Source: a virus | Lineage: Duplodnaviria > Caudoviricetes | Direction: 5' to 3' (one strand) | IMG/VR virus record: IMGVR_UViG_3300020045_013166 | Location: 1-32,911 of that record | Length of the DNA stretch: 32,911 nucleotides | Part shown: positions 9,160 through 17,784 of the stretch, in pieces | Position numbering within the stretch: position 1 is the first letter of the stretch | Layout of the letters: each line of letters opens with the position of its first letter | Notes under the pieces: generated by a model | Database searches by the model: none | What the model saw: only the letters and a program-made list of their open reading frames with translations | What the model was told of the DNA's origin: nothing | Translations under genes and position numbers: made by a program

Positions 9160-9240
9160 GGTTTGAACTCCTTTCAGCAGAGTTGTTGTATAGTTTTAAC
9201 CCCCGCAGGTTGGAAAGGTTGAGGGAAAAATGCCGCCGGG
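9160..9240 (-). other. Non-coding leader upstream of the small terminase, possibly near the genome terminus; contains the arm junction
   Basis: Non-coding. Strand polarity switches here. Homology to internal terL sequence begins abruptly at CCGGG (9236). Confidence 0.5.
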
Positions 9241-10404
9241 TCAAAAGCCAACCGAGTTAAGTTGGCGTCCACCAAGAAAGGCATCGAAAACTTTCTGACG
9301 GGATCAATCCTGGAAGTCAGACCGATGTCTATCAACAAGCTTCAGGGTCTCCGTCCTAAGATCTCTACGGTTGACGAATGGCTTTCTGGTGACATCCGAG
9401 AAGACGTTGTTGGTGCGGTAGAACAGGGAGCGTCGAAACTTGACGACTATCTGATCGTCGCCATCAGCTCTGAAGGAACGGTCCGTAACGGATCCGGTGA
9501 TACCATCAAAATGGAACTTTCTGACATTCTTAAAGGCGACTACATCGCCCCTCACGTTTCCATTTGGCATTACAAACTCGACGAGATCGAAGAAGTGGCC
9601 GATCCCGCGATGTGGTTGAAGGCACAGCCTAACCTCGGTAAGACTGTAACCTACGACACATATCAGCAGGACGTCGAACGAGCGGAGAAAGCCCCCGCCT
9701 CTCGTAACGATATTCTGGCTAAGCGATTCGGCATTCCCATGGAAGGTTATACCTACTTCTTTACGTACGAAGAAACTCTTCCTCACCGGGCGCGAGAATT
9801 TTGGCGTATGCCCTGTTCTTTGGGCGCCGACCTTTCACAAGGCGACGACTTCTGTGCGTTCACGTTCTTCTTTCCTTTGGGGAACGAGACTTACGGAGTC
9901 AAGACTCGAAGCTACATTACGTCTATGACGTTGATGAAGCTGCCCGGTGCAATGCGCGCAAAGTACGACGAGTTCATTACTGAAGGCAGTCTTCACGTTT
10001 TTGATGGCAACATCCTGGACATGATGGACGTCTACGACGACCTCGATGCGTTCATTGAAAGGAACGAGTACGACGTTCGGACCTTCGGCTTTGACCCGTA
10101 CAACGCTAAAGAGTTCGTCACGCGCTGGGAAGCAGAGAACGGTTCGTTCGGTGTTGAGAAAGTAATTCAGGGTGCACGAACAGAATCGGTGCCTCTTGGT
10201 GAATTGAAGAAACTTAGCGAAGAACGATCGCTCATCTTCGACCAGGGGCTCATGACGTTTGCGATGGGTAACTCCATTACCCTGGAAGACACCAACGGAA
10301 ACCGAAAGCTTCTTAAGAAGAGGCAAGAAGACAAGATCGACAATGTTTCTGCTTTGATGGACGCTTACGTGGCGTTTAAAGCCAACAAGGAGGCTTTCGA
10401 ATGA
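9236..10404 (+). CDS. terL: Terminase large subunit, 5'-truncated second allele
   Basis: Inverted homolog of 1461-2628. Protein differs at about one residue (ENGAFG vs ENGSFG), with many synonymous changes. No RBS or N-terminal Walker A region. Confidence 0.85.
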
Positions 10405-10805
10405 TGCACGACGACAAGCCTGAACTTCCCACAGAAGAAGAAGCGCTGGCCCACTACGGTGTGCTGGGCATGAAGTGGGGGAAGTCTCGGGCCAAGGCCA
10501 GCGCTTCGGAGATCCGATCTGCTCGTCGCGGTCTGCAAGAGAAGGACGTCAAGTACGGCCGGCTCGAGGACAAGTTGTGGGAAGCCAAATCCGCAACCGA
10601 CAGCAAGAAGATCATCTCTGCCATGCGGAAGATGGAGCAGGACAACAAGAAGGATCCGCGCAACGCCATCGCGAACCGTCTGACTCGCGGCGAGAAGGCA
10701 GCGCTTGTGATTCTGAGCGGTCCGGTCGGCCTGGTCGGAATCGCCGCTACGTCTGCGGTTTCCCGTCGCGCCGAATACGTCTCGGACAAAGCGAACAAGA
10801 AGTAA
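10401..10805 (+). CDS. HYG-leader protein (134 aa)
   Basis: ALAHYGVLGMKWG. ATGA overlap with the terL stop. Allelic to 233-679. Confidence 0.8.
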   Translation: MMHDDKPELPTEEEALAHYGVLGMKWGKSRAKASASEIRSARRGLQEKDVKYGRLEDKLWEAKSATDSKKIISAMRKMEQDNKKDPRNAIANRLTRGEKAALVILSGPVGLVGIAATSAVSRRAEYVSDKANKK

Positions 10806-10839
10806 ACACTCAACCATATCTTAGGAAAGGAGGTGAGAA

Positions 10840-12180
10840 ATGGCTAGATTCGGAGACAAACTGAAGCATGCCTGGAACGCCTTCGTAAACGAGGAAGAAG
10901 AACGTCCGGAGCGACCATTTGAAGTTGGCGCTGCGTACGGATATCGTCCCGATCGAGCTCGTCGGAGTTACTCTAACGAACGCTCGATTATTTCCTCGAT
11001 CTATACTCGGTTGAGTGTGGATGTCGCCTCGATTGCTCTTCGTCACGTCCGTTTGGACGATCGCGAACAGTATATCGAAGACATCAAAAGCGGCCTGAAC
11101 AACTGTCTTAACGTCGAAGCGAATATGGACCAGGCAGCTCGTGCCTTCCGTCAGGACGTTGCAATGACGTTGTTCGACAAGGGCGTCGCCGCAATCGTTC
11201 CGGTCGACACTACTTTGGATCCGCATGACTTCGGAAATTTCGACATCAAGACTCTCCGTTGCGGTGAAGTTGTAGCTTGGTATCCCAAGCATGTTCGAGT
11301 CTCGCTTTACAACGAGGCTAAGGGGTACCGAGAAGAAATCACGCTCGAAAAGAAGTTCGTTGCAATCATCGAGAACCCTCTTTATGAGGTGATGAACCAG
11401 CCTAACTCGACACTTCAGCGGCTTATTCGTAAGCTCAACATGCTGGACTCCGTCGACGAAGCAACCAGTTCCGGCAAGCTCGATTTGATCATCCAGTTGC
11501 CTTACGTAGTCAAATCTGAAGCTCGGAAGCAGCAGGCAGAACAGCGCCGAGAAGCTATCGAGTTCCAGCTCAAGGGCAGTAAGTACGGTATCGCTTACAC
11601 CGATGGTACCGAAAAGATCACGCAGCTTAATCGGCCGGCCGAGAACAATCTGCTCAAGCAGGTTGAGTACCTTACTGAGCAGCTTTACGCTCAGCTGGGT
11701 CTGACCGAAGCCGTCATGAATGGTACTGCCGATGAGCAGGCCATGCTGAACTACAGCAACCGAACCATCGAGCCTGTTCTCGCCGCTATGACCGAGGGTA
11801 TGGTTCGAGCGTTCCTGACCAAGACCGCCCGGTCTCAGGGACAGTCCATCAAGTACTTCCGTGATCCATTCAAGCTCGTTCCGATTGCGCAAATCGCTGA
11901 GATTGCGGACAAGTTCACTCGGAACGAGATTGCTTCCGCGAACGACATGCGTCAAGCAATCGGTTGGAAGCCGTCGAATGACCCGAAGGCCGACAAGCTC
12001 ATCAACAGCAACATGCCTCAACCGGTGGAAACGCCGGCACTCGAGGAAGATGAGGACCTGGAGGATCTCCCTGAAGACGAGGAAGATGACGATGGTGATG
12101 CGGCAGTTCAGTCAGCATTGGACGGAGCAAACTCAACGATCGACGAGATCTTGAGGAGTCTAGATGCCCTTGGTGCATGA
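10840..12180 (+). CDS. Portal protein
   Basis: Position after terL, length 446 aa, HK97-like portal features. Acidic C-terminal tail. Strong RBS. Confidence 0.9.
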   Translation: MARFGDKLKHAWNAFVNEEEERPERPFEVGAAYGYRPDRARRSYSNERSIISSIYTRLSVDVASIALRHVRLDDREQYIEDIKSGLNNCLNVEANMDQAARAFRQDVAMTLFDKGVAAIVPVDTTLDPHDFGNFDIKTLRCGEVVAWYPKHVRVSLYNEAKGYREEITLEKKFVAIIENPLYEVMNQPNSTLQRLIRKLNMLDSVDEATSSGKLDLIIQLPYVVKSEARKQQAEQRREAIEFQLKGSKYGIAYTDGTEKITQLNRPAENNLLKQVEYLTEQLYAQLGLTEAVMNGTADEQAMLNYSNRTIEPVLAAMTEGMVRAFLTKTARSQGQSIKYFRDPFKLVPIAQIAEIADKFTRNEIASANDMRQAIGWKPSNDPKADKLINSNMPQPVETPALEEDEDLEDLPEDEEDDDGDAAVQSALDGANSTIDEILRSLDALGA

Positions 12181-12610
12181 GTACAACGCCGCTCAAAGGC
12201 GCGCTTACTACCTTCGAACCCGAAAGCTGAAAGGCCGCAAGAAGGGTTCGGCGGTTAGCGCCACAGCAAGACGTGCGGCTGCCAAGGCAGCTAAGATCAA
12301 GAAGCGCAAGGCTCTCCAGGCAAAAGTGGAAGCGCTTCAGGCCAGACTCGAAACGCTCAGGAAAGTCTTGGCCATTCTGGTTGACAAAGCCCAGGCTCGT
12401 AATGGGAATGGCGACAAGAAGAAAGCAGTAAAGAAAGACGCTACTCCAGAGAAGCAGACGGCCAAGCAGAAAGCTGACGCCAAGAAAGCATCCGAGAAGT
12501 ATCGTAAGTCTGCGAAAGGTAAGCAGACTCTTTCGGCTCAGGCCAAAGACCTTTCTGCCAAGATCAAGTCGATCGAAGAGCGAATCAAGAAACTGCGGGC
12601 CAAGAACTAG
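12164..12610 (+). CDS. Lys/Arg-rich coiled-coil protein, putative DNA-binding internal virion protein
   Basis: MPLVHEYNAAQRRAYYLRTRKLKGRKKG, very basic. GAGGAG RBS inside the portal 3' end. Confidence 0.7.
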   Translation: MPLVHEYNAAQRRAYYLRTRKLKGRKKGSAVSATARRAAAKAAKIKKRKALQAKVEALQARLETLRKVLAILVDKAQARNGNGDKKKAVKKDATPEKQTAKQKADAKKASEKYRKSAKGKQTLSAQAKDLSAKIKSIEERIKKLRAKN

Positions 12611-12654
12611 TCCAGCAGCCCAACCCGATAGCAAGAAAGGTAGAAACGGTCAAA

Positions 12655-14673
12655 ATGGAAGCTGATTTCAGCGGCTACGCCACCAAGGCTGGGCTCAAGT
12701 GCACCGACGGCCGAACGATCACGCCCAAGGCATTCGAGCACATGGACGGGATGAAGGTCCCCCTGGTCTGGCAGCACATCCACGGCAAGGTGGAGAACGT
12801 TCTCGGCCACGCGGTTCTCGAGGCTCGGCCCGACGGCGTCTACGCCTACGGTTACTTCAACGAGACGCAGGGTGGGAAGACCGCCAAGCTGATGGTGCAG
12901 CACGAGGACATCAACGCGATGTCCATCTACGCCAACTCTCTCATGGAGAAGTCCAAGCAGGTCCTTCACGGAATGATTCGTGAGGTCAGCCTGGTTCTCT
13001 CGGGTGCCAATCCTGGCGCTCTCATCGATCAGGTCCGTCTGGCTCACGCTGACGGCTCCGACCCGGACATTCTCGACGACGAGGCCATCATCTACACCGG
13101 CCTCACCATCGAGCACGCCGAGGAGCCGGAGCCCGAGGAAGAGCCGGAAGAAGAGGATGAGGACGATCTCGAGCACGCTGCCGAGAACGCCACCATCAAG
13201 GACATCTACGACGGCATGACCGAAGAGGAGAAGCAGGTCGTTCACTACATGATCGGCACTGCTCTCGAGTCCGCCTCCTCGGCGGAGCACTCCAGTATCA
13301 CCCCCGATTCCGACACGGAAAACGACGCCGAGGAACCCCTCGCTCACCAGGAAGGCACCCCCATGAACGTGTTCGAGACGAACAGCAAGACCAAGCCGGC
13401 TTCGGCTGCGGGCGGGGAACTCCGTCACGCGATGACCCCCGACGACGTCAAGGGCATCATCCAGAGCGCCATTCGTGGTGGCTCGCTGCGCGACGCCGTC
13501 GGCGACTACGCGATCGCTCACGGCATCACCAACATCGATCTGCTGTTCCCGGACGCGCAGACCCTGAACGACCGGCCCGAGTTCAACAAGCGTCGGACCG
13601 AGTGGGTCGGCACCGTCCTGAGCGAGACCCGTCACAGCCCGTTCTCCCGGGTGAAGTCCATCGTGGCGGACCTGACCTTCGACGAGGCTCGGGCCAAGGG
13701 CTATGTGAAGGGCACGCTGAAGAAGGAGGAGTGGTTCGGCGTCAGCAAGCGGGTCACCTCTCCCACCACGGTCTACAAGAAGCAGGCTCTCGACCGGGAC
13801 GACGTCGTCGACATCACCGACTTCGACGTGATCGCGTGGCTCAAGCAGGAAATGCGCATGATGCTCGAGGAGGAGGTTGCTCGCGCGATCCTCATCTCCG
13901 ACGGCCGTGACATCTCCAACGAGGACAAGATCAAGGACCCGATCGGCGCCGCGGACGGCATCGGCATCCGCTCCATCCTGAACGACCACGAGCTGTACGT
14001 CACCACGCTCAACGTCAACATCGACGACGCGAACTCGACCTACGACGAGGTCATCGACGCCGTCATGGACGGGATGGAGTACTACAAGGGCACCGGTACT
14101 CCGGACTTCTTCACCACCATCCGGGAGCTCAACAAGTTCCTGAAGGCGAAGGACACCCAGGGCCGGCGGCTGTACCCGACCAAGGCCGACGTCGCGTCCG
14201 CTCTGGGCGTGAACCGGATCGTTCTGGTCGAGCCGATGAACGACCTGACCGACGTGGTCGGGATCATCGTCAACCTGGCCGACTACAACGTCGGTACCGA
14301 CAAGGGTGGCGAGGTGTCGATGTTCGACGACTTCGACATCGACTACAACAAGCAGAAGTACCTGATCGAGACCCGCCTCTCCGGCGCTCTGGTGAAGGTG
14401 AAGTCTGCTCTGGTCATCCGGAAGACGGCTTCGGCCAACGTCCTGGTGGTTCCGCAGAGCCCGACCTTCGTGACCGCCACTGGCGTGACCACGATCCCGG
14501 CTCAGACGGGCATCGTCTGGAAGAACGGCGTGACCAACGCGACCCTGACCGCCGGTGCGCAGTCTGCTCTGGCGTCCGGGGCTTCTCTGACCGTCGTCGC
14601 CACCCCGGCGGCCGGCTACTACCTGTCGACCAACGACGACAACGTGGACAGCTGGACCTTCAAGCGTCCGTGA
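12655..14673 (+). CDS. Prohead protease-scaffold-major capsid protein fusion with C-terminal Ig-like domain
   Basis: HK97-type protease motifs (VPLVWQH, VLGHA, MSIYAN, IREVSLV..GANPGA), acidic linker and capsid domain. Strong GC3 codon bias. Confidence 0.9.
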   Translation: MEADFSGYATKAGLKCTDGRTITPKAFEHMDGMKVPLVWQHIHGKVENVLGHAVLEARPDGVYAYGYFNETQGGKTAKLMVQHEDINAMSIYANSLMEKSKQVLHGMIREVSLVLSGANPGALIDQVRLAHADGSDPDILDDEAIIYTGLTIEHAEEPEPEEEPEEEDEDDLEHAAENATIKDIYDGMTEEEKQVVHYMIGTALESASSAEHSSITPDSDTENDAEEPLAHQEGTPMNVFETNSKTKPASAAGGELRHAMTPDDVKGIIQSAIRGGSLRDAVGDYAIAHGITNIDLLFPDAQTLNDRPEFNKRRTEWVGTVLSETRHSPFSRVKSIVADLTFDEARAKGYVKGTLKKEEWFGVSKRVTSPTTVYKKQALDRDDVVDITDFDVIAWLKQEMRMMLEEEVARAILISDGRDISNEDKIKDPIGAADGIGIRSILNDHELYVTTLNVNIDDANSTYDEVIDAVMDGMEYYKGTGTPDFFTTIRELNKFLKAKDTQGRRLYPTKADVASALGVNRIVLVEPMNDLTDVVGIIVNLADYNVGTDKGGEVSMFDDFDIDYNKQKYLIETRLSGALVKVKSALVIRKTASANVLVVPQSPTFVTATGVTTIPAQTGIVWKNGVTNATLTAGAQSALASGASLTVVATPAAGYYLSTNDDNVDSWTFKRP

Positions 14674-14688
14674 TCTAAGGAGCAGTAA

Positions 14689-15027
14689 ATGCGGTTCCAC
14701 GGTGTGATCGGTTACGGTGGCACTGTAGAAACTGCGCCTGGAGTGTGGGACGACGTCATCACGGAGTTAAATTACCGCGGTGACGTCGTCCGCAACACCA
14801 GACGATACAGCGAAGGAGAAAGCGTCAACGATGATTTGTCGGTCAGCAATTCGATTAGCGTTGTTGCCGACGATTACGCGTTGAATCATTTCTTCGAAAT
14901 TCGCTACGTAAGGTGGGCGGGGACTCTCTGGAAAGTTCTCACGGTTGAAGTCGAGAGGCCCCGCCTTATTTTGCGTCTGGGAGGTGTTTACAACGGCCCA
15001 ACGGACCCAACTCCAGTCACTCCTTGA
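14689..15027 (+). CDS. Head-to-tail stopper/closure protein
   Basis: Position after the capsid gene. FHGVIGY..ETAPGVW..ISVVAD..RPRLILRLGGVYNG. AAGGAG RBS. Confidence 0.7.
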   Translation: MRFHGVIGYGGTVETAPGVWDDVITELNYRGDVVRNTRRYSEGESVNDDLSVSNSISVVADDYALNHFFEIRYVRWAGTLWKVLTVEVERPRLILRLGGVYNGPTDPTPVTP

Positions 15028-15298
15028 GGTTCTGCTTGGTTCGACGTACGTGTATTTTCAGAAGCCTTCGACGTCAGAGATGAAGTACCCGTGTATCGTT
15101 TACGAGCCGGGAGCTGCTGACACGGACTACGCTGACGATATTCCGTACCGTCGGACCAAGCGCTACCAAGTCACGGTCATTGACCGAAACCCGGACAGCT
15201 TGATTCCGGATAAGGTCGCGCAGCTTCGACTTTGCAAGCATAGCCGATTCTTTGCGGCGAACAATCTGAACCACCACGTTTTCGATCTCTACTTCTAG
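14993..15298 (+). CDS. Tail terminator/completion protein (probable ACG start at 14993)
   Basis: VYFQKP..MKYPCIVY..YQVTVIDRNPDS..NLNHHVFDLYF. GGAGGT lies 7 nt before an in-frame ACG. Start is uncertain. Confidence 0.7.
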   Translation, partial: TAQRTQLQSLLEVLLGSTYVYFQKPSTSEMKYPCIVYEPGAADTDYADDIPYRRTKRYQVTVIDRNPDSLIPDKVAQLRLCKHSRFFAANNLNHHVFDLYF

Positions 15299-15305
15299 GA
15301 GCATC

Positions 15306-16193
15306 ATGACCCAGCTCGCTTGGGACCTGACCGGCCAGCGGTTCTACGAAACCGGTGTCGATCACGGCGTCCTGTACATTCCCGACGGCTCGGGCGAATA
15401 CAGCAACGGCTTCGCGTGGAACGGCCTGGTGTCCGTCACCGAGTCGCCCACCGGTGCCGAGGCCAGCCCGCAGTACGCCGACAACATCAAGTACCTCAAC
15501 CTGGTTTCCGCCGAGGAGTTCGGCGCGACCATCGAGGCCTTCACCTACCCGGACGAGTTCGGGCAGTGCGACGGCACCGCGTCTCCGGAAGCCGGCATCT
15601 ACGTCGGTCAGCAGGCGCGGAAGACCTTCGGCCTGGCCTACCGGACTCGGGTCGGCAACGACCTGGACGGCGCGGACCACGGCTACAAGCTCCACCTGAT
15701 CTACGGCGCCCTGGCGGCTCCGTCGGAGAAGGCCTACAACACGATCAACGACTCGCCCGAGGCGCTGACGTTCTCGTGGGAGTTGTCGACCACTCCGGTT
15801 GGCGTCGGTCAGATCGAGGGTGTGGACTACAAGCCCACCGCTTCCATCACGATCGACTCGACCAAGGTCGACGAGGTTTCGCTGGTCGAGCTCGAGGAGC
15901 TGCTGTTCGGTACCGTCGGTACTGACCCGCGTCTCCCCCTGCCGGCCGAGGTCATCTCGCTGTTCGCCGGTACTCAGGTTGTGGCGGTTCCGACGGAGCC
16001 CACCTACAACTCGGCCACGGACACGATCACGATCCCGACTGTCACCGGCGTGGTCTACAAGATCGACGGTGTGGTTCAGGCGGCCGGCCCGGTCGTCATC
16101 ACGCAGGACACGATCGTCACCGCTTCGCCGGCTACGGGCTACAAGTTCCCGCCGGTGGTCGACAACGACTGGCTCTACGACTTCGTCGCCTGA
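15306..16193 (+). CDS. Major tail tube protein with C-terminal Ig-like domain
   Basis: YETGVDHGVLY..AWNGL..YADNIKY..EEFGATIEAFTYP (phi13-like tube pattern). High GC3 bias. Confidence 0.9.
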   Translation: MTQLAWDLTGQRFYETGVDHGVLYIPDGSGEYSNGFAWNGLVSVTESPTGAEASPQYADNIKYLNLVSAEEFGATIEAFTYPDEFGQCDGTASPEAGIYVGQQARKTFGLAYRTRVGNDLDGADHGYKLHLIYGALAAPSEKAYNTINDSPEALTFSWELSTTPVGVGQIEGVDYKPTASITIDSTKVDEVSLVELEELLFGTVGTDPRLPLPAEVISLFAGTQVVAVPTEPTYNSATDTITIPTVTGVVYKIDGVVQAAGPVVITQDTIVTASPATGYKFPPVVDNDWLYDFVA

Positions 16194-16220
16194 TCCAACT
16201 CTCGATAAGGAGGCCAGAGA

Positions 16221-16763
16221 ATGCTCACTGTTACTGTCCCGCTGACTGACGAAAGCTTCGATGATTCGACGCAAGAATTCGTAGCCGGGGAAACCTTTCA
16301 ACTGCAGCTTGAGCATTCTCTGGTCTCCTTGTCAAAATGGGAGTCAAAGTTCGAAACTCCCTTCTTGGGACAAGGTGAAAAGACCTTCGAAGAAACAATG
16401 TGGTACATCGAAGCTATGGCGGTGACCCCCGATGTTCCTCCGGAGGTTTTTCGTAGCTTTACCCAGGAGAACCTGGACGAGATCAAAAGCTACATCGACG
16501 CAAAGATGACTGCTACTTGGTTTAAGGCAGAACCGACAAGGCGTCAAACTGAAATCATTACAGCAGAGATCATCTACTACTGGATGATTTCGCTGAACAT
16601 TCCTTTTGAGTGCCAGCATTGGCATCTTAACCGTCTGATGACGTTAGTGCAAGTAATTAACCAGAAGAACGCTCCCCAAAAGAAGATGTCTCCTCGAGAT
16701 GTTGCTGCTCGAAACCGGCAGCTTAACAAAGAGCGTCAGGCCAAACTGAACACGACCGGATAG
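16221..16763 (+). CDS. Probable tail assembly chaperone
   Basis: Follows the tail tube gene. LEHSLVSLSKWESK..ITAEIIYYWM..WHLNRL. AAGGAGG RBS. Confidence 0.6.
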   Translation: MLTVTVPLTDESFDDSTQEFVAGETFQLQLEHSLVSLSKWESKFETPFLGQGEKTFEETMWYIEAMAVTPDVPPEVFRSFTQENLDEIKSYIDAKMTATWFKAEPTRRQTEIITAEIIYYWMISLNIPFECQHWHLNRLMTLVQVINQKNAPQKKMSPRDVAARNRQLNKERQAKLNTTG

Positions 16764-16782
16764 CTAGGGAGGAGGAACGGGA

Positions 16783-17772
16783 ATGGCAAAAATTACCTGG
16801 GGGAATCCCGGCGAAAAACTTTTTGAAATCGGGGTTGACCGAGGCGTTCTATATCCTCGAACTGGACCCGGTGTTGCTTGGTCGGGCTTGATTGCCGTTA
16901 ACGAATCTCCTACCGGCGGCGAATCCACGCCTTTCTACATGGACGGAATCAAGTATGCAGATCGGGGAACTGCCGAAGAGTTCGCTGGAACCATTGAGGC
17001 GTACACTTATCCAGACCAGTTCGCTGAGTGCGATGGTTCTGCAGCTTTGGATGAAGGACTGTTTGCAACGCAGCAGTACCGCCAGCCGTTCGGTCTTGCG
17101 TATCGCACTAAGGTTGGAAACGACCTAAACGGGCAGGATCACGGCTACAAACTTCACATCATCTACAATGCTCGCGCAGCTCCATCAGAGCGCGGCAACC
17201 AGACGCTTACCGAGTCTCCGGAAGCAATCACGTTCAACTGGAATTTCAGCACCATTCCGGTTCGAATTCCGGGCGTCAAACCAACCGCACATCTGGTGAT
17301 CGATTCCACCAAGACCGATCCATTTGTTCTTGCCGCGATCGAGGATTTGCTCTACGGCTCTAGTTCCACATTGCCTGAGCTCCCTACGCCGGCAGACCTT
17401 CTCGAAATCTATCTGCAGGGTGGACCGATTCCGGACTTCCGCATATCTGGTCCGGATGCGTTCGGCAAATTCACAGCAAGTGGTTCCGCCACAGCAGTGT
17501 CTATGCTGGACCCCGATCACTTCCAGCTTATTTCTTTCGCGGTCATCGACAACGGCGACGGTACATTCATTGCTCAGTCGGAAGACCCGTCTACGGATCC
17601 TGTGCCGGAAATCCCGCTCGAGTTCACGGTTGGTATTCCGGACAGCAACGGAGTGTTCTCCATATCTGGCCCGGAAGAAGAGCTGATCATCACGAGCGAC
17701 TCTTCGTTCACGCTAGACACCGAGCATGTCGTAGACAACGGAGACGGAAGCTACACCACCTCTTCGGATTAG
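16783..17772 (+). CDS. Second tail-tube paralog with two C-terminal ~55-aa repeats
   Basis: First ~210 aa align with 15306-16193 (GVDRGVLY, EEFAGTIEAYTYP, GYKLHIIY, PTAHLVIDSTK). Each repeat ends in DNGDG. Confidence 0.85.
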   Translation: MAKITWGNPGEKLFEIGVDRGVLYPRTGPGVAWSGLIAVNESPTGGESTPFYMDGIKYADRGTAEEFAGTIEAYTYPDQFAECDGSAALDEGLFATQQYRQPFGLAYRTKVGNDLNGQDHGYKLHIIYNARAAPSERGNQTLTESPEAITFNWNFSTIPVRIPGVKPTAHLVIDSTKTDPFVLAAIEDLLYGSSSTLPELPTPADLLEIYLQGGPIPDFRISGPDAFGKFTASGSATAVSMLDPDHFQLISFAVIDNGDGTFIAQSEDPSTDPVPEIPLEFTVGIPDSNGVFSISGPEEELIITSDSSFTLDTEHVVDNGDGSYTTSSD

Positions 17773-17784
17773 GAGGTCTCTGTA

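Noticed and set aside
9262-10404. Independent 380-aa terminase gene starting at TTG 9262
   Set aside because: No RBS. Homology extends upstream to 9236, so this is a truncated copy lacking the Walker A region.
1461-10404. Diversity-generating retroelement template/variable repeat pair
   Set aside because: Differences are synonymous and not adenine-specific. No reverse transcriptase is present.
1-11038. Invertase-controlled invertible segment or terminal inverted repeats
   Set aside because: No recombinase is seen. The copies differ at many synonymous sites and in gene content, and the second terL is cut mid-gene.
12607-14700. 697-aa minus-strand ORF (and similar ORFs at 3549-4835, 7361-8467, 10810-12021, 15177-16316, 18658-20184)
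   Set aside because: Antisense shadows of GC3-biased real genes, with no RBS or recognisable motifs.
16280-16300. GGGGAAA slippery site for a tail chaperone frameshift
   Set aside because: It lies only ~23 codons into the gene. The ORF is continuous and not adjacent to the tape measure gene, and no supporting long alternative-frame ORF is in the track.
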